Source of the DNA: Octopus bimaculoides | Lineage: Eukaryota | Assembly: GCF_001194135.2 (NCBI RefSeq) | Contig: NC_068988.1 | Coordinates: forward strand, 59,033,545-59,094,804 | Reading direction: 5' to 3' | DNA length: 61,260 nucleotides | Part shown: piece by piece, positions 53,881-61,260 of the stretch | Layout of the letters: each line of letters begins with the position of its first letter | Position numbering within the stretch: the stretch's first letter is position 1 | Translations under genes and position numbers: made by a program | Notes under the pieces: model-generated | Databases searched by the model: none | What the model was told of the DNA's origin: nothing | What the model saw: only the letters and a program-made list of their open reading frames with translations

Positions 53881-54340
53881 TGGGAAAGGGCGGGCATCCA
53901 GATAGCCAGACAGATATGTATAAGATAATGAAGTGAACGGCATATTTTGATATCGCTACAATTATTTCTCCACATCTTCACATCCCTAGATATAATTAAC
54001 ACTTTGCATAATCCCTATCAGCCATCAAGGTGCTAAATATGTTTCTTCGGTTTATTATTTTGAATAGTTTCTTCGTTTGGTCGTACAGCTATTTCACTTT
54101 GTACAGGAACGAGTAACCAAAATGATGTGGTATTTTCAGCAATTTGCTGAATAATCTAAGCCCACATATATTGTGACAGACAAAATACAAGTTTAATCGA
54201 ATACAAAATACAGAAACAAAGAAACACACACAAAAGTCTTCAAACATGCATTTTATATGTATAAAGTTTTATTGTTGGTGACCAGTCTGGCTTCATATGT
54301 ACCTATGTAACGGCATGTATGTTTATAAGATACCACTTCC

Positions 54341-54440
54341 TTAAGGGAACTTGAGAATATTTGAATATCATGAAGGACAATATGTGTGCAGTTAAGGGAA
54401 CTTGAAATATTTGAATATAAATAAGGATAATATGTGTGCA
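54341..54440 (+). repeat. Local ~50-bp tandem duplication
   Basis: ttaagggaacttga..tatttgaatat..aagga.aatatgtgtgca occurs at 54341 and 54392. Confidence 0.85.
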
Positions 54441-55319
54441 CTGGTATGTAAGAAGCACGTATGAGACATTTTGCCTATGCTGACATGGATATAAGGAAAA
54501 AAGCTAATTCTATTATTCAGTGTTACGTGCTTTGTTGTTTGTATAAACACATAGAAACATCTAGTAATAGTAGACACCCTATACACAAAATGAGGCAAAT
54601 ATCCAAAGAAGCTGAAAATTTCTAATAAAATTATAAGTAGTCGAAAGTGTATATTCAACTGTAAATAAATACTGTGTTTTTTCGAAATAATGTTTAAACA
54701 TAGGGGGATACTAAATTTCTAAATGTTTCGCTTTTTTTAATGAACGGATTTGCTTCAGTTGGCATTTATTCAAATGCTCCGAGTTTTTAGAAAAAGTTTT
54801 TTCGAAAATATCATAATTTGTTAATCATGTGGAAAATACATGTATCTTTCGTTTCGCCTTTATCTGTTAAAAGGTAAAAAATGTATTCCGTCAGCTGCCA
54901 ATGAATCTTAATCATCTCTACCAGAAATTTTGTGCTACGGTTACTAAGTTACAGTGCAACACAATGTAAGTGGAAATGTATTTAAAATATTTACCTTTTT
55001 GGAATTTTAACTGTACCATATTATTTTATAACGGTAACGATAATATAAAATATAATTTTATAACGGGAGTATTGGAAATAGTAACAACAACAACAACAAT
55101 AACCAAAACGACTATGTAAATATGCAAACCAACACAAACATTACTTCCAACAACAATACACTGAGAAACACCACAACGTCACCACCACCAATAACAACAA
55201 TAGACACAACCAAAGCGATAATAACCAAAGAAATGATAGGATAGAAAGTAGTACCACAGGTGTAAATAACACTAATCCTTTTCACACTCTATTCTTTAAT
55301 TCATGTGATAAATCATACG

Positions 55320-56870
55320 ATGTGAGTCGTAATTACCTGGCAACCCTACCCTTCGACAAAATACTTTGCATCAATCAACATACGAGTGACCAAATACAAG
55401 CACGCTTTACCAAAGCCAGTATTAAACTTAGCTTTCAGAACAGTACACAAGAATATGGTGTGGCAGAGAGGCACTACAACTGGACAAGATGTCTGCAAGT
55501 GGCCTGCATATGCTCATATAGCGCACAAAAAAAAAAAAAAGAAATGGAAATTGTTTGCTTCCCAACGGACAAACCTGGCAGAATATCGATAGGCAGCCTG
55601 TCGAACTACATCCAAGCAATGCAACCCCACGTCACAAATATGTTGGAAACAACAGTACTGTAGTATGAGGTGAGAGAGAATATCCACAATGCTAATATGA
55701 CGATGTGTTTAAACATCCTAGGGGCATAATAGCTCACAGCCAACAACTTCCACGCCACTAATAACGATATCTCAGTGCTGTATGGGCTCCTCAAGCACCA
55801 TAAGGCGACCACTGACATTGTAACAGAACCCACAACACTGGTCTGCAGAGCCAAGGTTGCCAACAACTACCAGATTTACTACTTCCTCTCTATGATCATA
55901 CGTACTCTGATCAAAATGTTCCCGGATGTGTGTGACAGAACAAAGGACCTTCTGATCAGAATAATGACTGTTACCATGCCTACAACCTTACGGGATGCAT
56001 AGTAGGTAATATGGCTATAGTATCCTTATACCAATCCATTGATGTTGATTTCGCTGTGGAGAAATGCATGGAGGTGATCAGCGAGAGCGATGCAGAGTTT
56101 CGTGGAGTTCACATAGAAGAATGAGGCCTCTTGCTGAAAGTGATACGTGACAATGGTTACTTAAATGACATGACCATAGTTGCTTTTGTTCCACTAGATC
56201 GGTAATAGGTAGACACGCTTCTATGGTAAAGAAAACCCGTAGAGAAATGGAACGGGTGAACCAGAGCTAGACGGACCCCCGAAAACGATGACGAAAACCA
56301 AGACCGCAGTCAAGGGTGACATATTTACGTTTAACAAAAAGATATACGTCCAAAAGGAATGTGCAGCCATCGGTGTCAGTATCTCTGGCGATGTGGCTAA
56401 CTTATTTATGGTATGGTGGGATAGGAAACTCAAAGAAAAATTAGCAGGGATCTTCATAACCCTAACCTTATACTCCCGCTATGTGGATGATATCAACATA
56501 GTAGCCAAAGCACTGCTACAAGACAATGTTGATGATCTAGAAGCTAACACTATGGAGGGCATTCAGCAAGTAGCTACCTCCATACACCAGAGTATCAAAG
56601 CAACGGTAGACTACCCGAACCAGCAACCCATCTATAGCCTACCAGATTTAGACAGGGAACTCTAGCTAAAAACCAAGAACAATAAGGTCCAGATCCTTCA
56701 CTCCAATTATTTCAGACCCATGGTCTCTAAATACCTTGTCCACAAGAACACAGCAATTGCGGACAACACCAAGTTCAATATTCTTATAGCGGACTTGGTG
56801 AGAATGATGAGAAATGTATCTCGCATGTGCTACCGTTTGGAATTGGAAAGACGCATACGACACTTCACCC
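55320..56870 (+). mobile_element. Decayed Penelope-like element reverse transcriptase
   Basis: PTDKPGRISI; DIFTFNKKIYVQKECAAIGVSISGDVANLFM..W; LYSRYVDDINIV; VDYP...LPDLD; ILIADLVRMMRN (PLE RT and thumb pattern); broken by stops; no GIY-YIG domain seen. Confidence 0.82.
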
Positions 56871-56944
56871 ACATATATATGTGTATATATACATATATAC
56901 ACATAATATATATATACATAGATATATATGTATTTATGCATGTA

Positions 56945-57155
56945 TTTATGTGTGTATTTGTCCACCCCACTCTTCACCACTTGGCAACCGTAACTCTCGT
57001 AAACTATCGGTTCAGCAACAGAGACCGATAGAATAAATAGTAGGCTTAAAAATAAGTCCTGGGATCGTTTTGTTTGAGTTAAACCCCTCGAGGTGGTGCT
57101 CCAGCATAACCGCAGTGAAAATGACCGAAACAAGTAAAAGAATAGAAGAATAAAT
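56945..57155 (+). mobile_element. tRNA-derived SINE, 3' part
   Basis: gaccgatagaataaatagtaggcttaaaaataagtcctggg..ggtggtgctccagcataaccgcagt..gaccgaaacaagtaaaagaat. Confidence 0.8.
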
Positions 57156-57446
57156 CTAGAAAAAGAACTCAAATAAATGTTTAACGCATTTAGTCACGCA
57201 ATAATTATTCATATTTTTCAGTAGTGAGACATTTTATTATTTTTTGATTGTACGAATGAAAGCAGCTTTGATAATAGTTAATACTTTGAATATATTAGTT
57301 CTATGATCTATTTCTGTAATATTGAAATAATTTGTATGTTACATATGCGCTTCATCTAGTTGTACATAGTGATGCGATTTTATGTATATTGCGAATAATT
57401 GTAAGTCCTAGAGGTATAAACACACACAGACACACAGAGACACACA

Positions 57447-57496
<50 letters not shown>

Positions 57497-59739
57497 CATA
57501 AATATGTCCTGTATCATTTAATGATATTTTTCTCTATGCTAAAGTAAAAGTTTTCAAGCAATTGCGCATAATATACTAATAATAGGAAAACAACCGATTG
57601 TTACAACTGTTAGCCTTCAGAGCAACGTTATAGGTAGCACCTACACTTTTCAGAATGAAAGAAATGTGAGTAGGATATACGAAAAGTGGAAAAAGAAAGC
57701 GAGGGAAAAGAGAAGATAGAGAGTGAGAAATAAAAGAATATAATATGCGTATGATATGAGTATGGTTTAATGATTTTAAAGAAGAAAATTTAACTTCGTA
57801 TAATAGGTTTAATGCACCTCAATACTGGTATGATATGAAGTGTTTGCAAAAATTGGGGTTCAATTCATTGTTTTCTTCCACCCCCAACCACTAATCACTG
57901 TTTTAATTCACAGTTACGTAATTCTTTCAATCAATATCTTCTATTTAATTTCCATTTCTTTGTCACTCATAATATTTTGCCTAATTTGCATATGAAGATT
58001 TTACATATACAGGACAAGATGTGGTTTAAGTGAAGTGCCAGGAATATGCTCCATAAAACACCACTGCTGTAATGAATAAAAACTAGTGCCATATTGTGCA
58101 GCTAGCATTTGGTCTGTGTGATTTCCAGACAGAAGATTAAAAAAAGTGTTCAGAAGTCCTTCCTGGGACATAAGATCCGAAGGCTGTTTTACAGAATTCT
58201 GTCGCACCGCGTATGTATTCTCTGCCATTAACCACATCACCCAACATGCGCATCCACTAGCCTTAAGACCCCGGAATATTAATTATTTTCTAAATTCCTC
58301 CATTCTGTCTTTTTCATTCATCTTGCAACTGTCATATTGGAGATTTGAATATTGACATTTAGGACAATTCCTTTTTCTTTTTGCTAACATTTCTCTATCA
58401 GAACTTGCGCAGATTACGCACTGATTTCTCACTATTTACATGGTCATGATGTGTAAATTATTTACGATGACCCTAATAATTTTTTTCTTTTCCGTTACGG
58501 CACATTTCCTTCATTATGTATTATATAATGGCTTCAAATATCGATACACAAAGGGATTGTTTTGAGTAACAGAACACTAACCTCGATTTAAAATTGCTGA
58601 GAATCGATAACCGCTTGATATTTTCATTATTATGTAATTTTTACATCAGGAGTATGTATTTTTTCTGATAAGCTATAGTTATTTGAGAGCTGCCACTTAT
58701 TACAATGCACAATATATTGTTCATATATATCATACATGGTGCTCGCCGCTAAATGGATAATTTTCTCAGGTATCGGTTTATATATCTTAGAAATAGTTAA
58801 AATATCTAGAGGTTAATTGTTGGAGTGATTAAGTTCTTGTTGCTCTTGAGTGATTATGTCCCTGTTGCCAGTACATTTTATTTAAATGCATGTTTGTATT
58901 AGCATTATGAAGAAATTTCCGGTAAGGCGTGTATTAAATACATTTTAAAAACCGATATTATATTTAAGCTGGCTTTGATGATTTACCATTTCGAAAAATG
59001 CATAGCTGTATTATTAATATTTTGTATTGATATATAGATAGTGTGATGCAACATTTATACAGGTACACAGACATATAGTGAAAAATATAGTGGAGTGAGT
59101 ATAGCTTGTTTTGAGTCAATGTATATCATAGAGGGTAAACATATAGTGCATTCAGGTTCTTCTTTTAGCACAATATTAGGTGGCATCCGTTTTATGGTAG
59201 GAAATTATAGAATATCGTAGAGCGGTGAAGTGCGCAATATAAACAGACAATCATTCTGGCTATATCTGGTTCAGTTAATGGAAAGTGGGTTCACTCGCAC
59301 AATACAACCGCCAAATATTGGTAGAGACTAGTTACTTGCATTATGTATTGAACTGCAATACAGTAGTTACTTACTTCATCAAAATCTTTCATCAACGATT
59401 CGTCTTTTTACTAATAATGTTTCAGAGAATAAATTTGAATTTTTTTTAGTTAGTCTATATCTATTATGGAAAATCGATTAAACTAACATAGGAACGGTCG
59501 AGGGATACGTAAGACTTGTAATATTGATATTTCTCGAGGCCATTACTGTGTGCTGTATCTTCTAATAATATATTTCTATGCTGAATTCAAACTATTCTGC
59601 AAAATATTTCTAAAAGAATTAAGTGGGTGTGATATTGTGCTTCGGATTGAATACTCACTAAAACTTTATATGGCAGAGAAAAGATAAAGGTTTTCAGGAA
59701 ATTATAAGTGGCTCCCACATCTCGAAAGCAACTGAATAA

Positions 59740-60533
59740 TGCGACGTGTTATCAAAAGGTTCCTGGACTAGTTATGTACCACACTGTTGTGTGCACAGTG
59801 AGAGCTAGCAATGACATCAATGAGGCAATGTATCGAGTGACATCGCTGTGTTTACTTTCCAAGTAGTGAAATTTGTGTTTTTGTGAACATATGTATGCTC
59901 TAGTCTGAAATTTTGAGTTAAACTTGGGAAGTTCGGCAAGCTTGAATTGATGAGGCAATGAGACGTACGCAATGTTTCGAGTGGCACAGCCGCTTCAAAA
60001 GTGAAGAAGGTACCTGGAAGACGATGAGCGATCTAGAAGACCTGCCACGAGCGTTACCTCCGGAAATGTGGTAATGTGCATTGCGAAGCACAGCGCCAGA
60101 TTGTCAGCCAAAAGTTCTACAACGACGTTTTGAAGTGTCTGAAGGAAGACATTTGGCGAAAGTGACTGGATCTGTGTAGAGCGAAGAATTGGATTCTTCA
60201 ACGAGTTCTCCTCACTCGTGAGTTTCCCGCCAAAGCAACATGGAATCGCTACCGCATCCACTCTGTTATCCAGATTTAGCAGACGTGGACTTCCATCTCT
60301 TCACCAAAATGAATAGGCTGCTGAAAGGTCGTCGTTTTAACACCGTGGTCGAGATGCCTACCGAATCACAGATGTTCCTCAGGACTCTTACCGAAAACGA
60401 ATTTAAGGCCGGATTCCAGATGTGGTAAATACGCTGAGACCAGCGTATTTCGAAGGAGATGATGCTAAAGCTTAGGTAAATATGTCATTCTTTATGAAAC
60501 ATAACTAGTAGGGGAAAGTGTTGATACCATCTA
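59740..60533 (+). mobile_element. Internally deleted mariner transposon with degenerate TIRs
   Basis: MRRTQCFEWHSRFKS..DDERSRRP (HTH region), LPHPLCYPDLADVDFHLF (YSPDL motif); TIR core tatcaa....ttcc...actagttatgt at both ends. Confidence 0.85.
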
Positions 60534-60670
60534 TCACTCATTTTCCCAATACATATTAAAAACTTATATTTGAATAAACGTGACAATAAACTTAATTGAA
60601 CACAAAAAATATGAAACCATAAAACGCATTTGTTTCTCTTAACATACAATCTTTCTATTTCCTTTTTCAG

Positions 60671-60830
60671 ATATGATAACATAGATATACTTTCCTTCAC
60701 GGATATCGCAGATCACGCGGAAATATCTTTTGTTGTGAGGCCGAGGATATCAAATATTTCTGCAACAATAAACAGAGAATTTCAAATTTTCTTGAACAGA
60801 GAACCACAACTGAAATCCATAATCCTTAAA
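60671..60830 (+). CDS. Probable further exon of the same gene (SEA-like second half?)
   Basis: ttcctttttcag|A YDNIDILSFTDIADHAEISFVVRPRISNISATINREFQIFLNREPQLKSIILK|gtatgt; strong splice sites, phase 2 to 0; the linking exon is not identified. Confidence 0.65.
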
Positions 60831-61260
60831 GTATGTTGATTTTCTCCTTAGGATTAGTATTCTCGTATTATTTTAATATCATATTGTTCAAATATTTTAC
60901 ACTATTCCATAATTCTATTGAGTACCATGGAATAACCGTGGGTGTGTCCAGAGTAACGCACACACACACACACGTACGCATGCACACATATATTCACATA
61001 TATACATACACACATATATACATGTATGTATATATTTTTATATAAGCATATATCAGGTTGAATAAAAAGTAAGCAATGTTTGGATCCATGAAGAAGTTTT
61101 TCTAATCGGTTTTTGCAGTTGTACCATAATACAGACGTCAACCTGCCCAAATGCATAGATAAATTAATATTGATATTATTTTCACCGTTGTTACAATAAT
61201 CTCAAATGGAACTCTGAAAGCGCGATATTTGAGCATTGCTGATATTCAACTTCAAAAAAA

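Noticed and set aside
54070-59330. Possible 7TM exons (e.g. 54070, 58402 TCADYALISHYLH, ~59260)
   Set aside because: Could not be chained with consistent phases without junction stops; resemblance is too weak.

Overview
This is AT-rich, microsatellite-dense eukaryotic genomic DNA from a gapped short-read assembly. There are 10 N-runs (5500-6450, 19008-19077, 21462-21550, 22265-22704, 26014-26445, 28439-28498, 31466-31602, 41780-42296, 46822-46831, 51455-51941), mostly abutting (TA)n/(CA)n tracts or hairpins. The repeat content looks like an octopus/coleoid cephalopod genome (inference from recalled repeat families, not a database hit). One multi-exon + strand host gene can be assembled by eye with consistent splice phases: 27389-27455, 29306-30526, 35384-35493, 40702-40969, 43417-43605, 47753-47938, 51992-52143, and a further exon at 60671-60830. 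It encodes signal peptide, RVRR furin-type site, long Ser/Thr-rich stalk, three CUB domains and a possible SEA-like region; no stop codon is reached in the window. The rest is decayed mobile DNA: five R4/Dong-type non-LTR copies linked to (TAA)n, two CR1-group LINEs, two Penelope-like fragments, five Tc1/mariner copies, tRNA-derived SINEs and several inverted-repeat/MITE-like elements. The most unusual objects are: (i) a 233-bp element whose 80-bp inverted arms enclose exactly one tRNA-Thr(CGT)-like Pol III unit, with its terminator supplied by the arm (21229-21461); (ii) two copies of a mariner derivative built from two inverted 5' ends; (iii) a near-complete hammerhead-ribozyme fold behind a Penelope fragment; (iv) a cluster of long hairpins upstream of the gene. 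All alignments and mismatch counts were done by eye. Most ORFs in the supplied track are microsatellite or N-gap artefacts.
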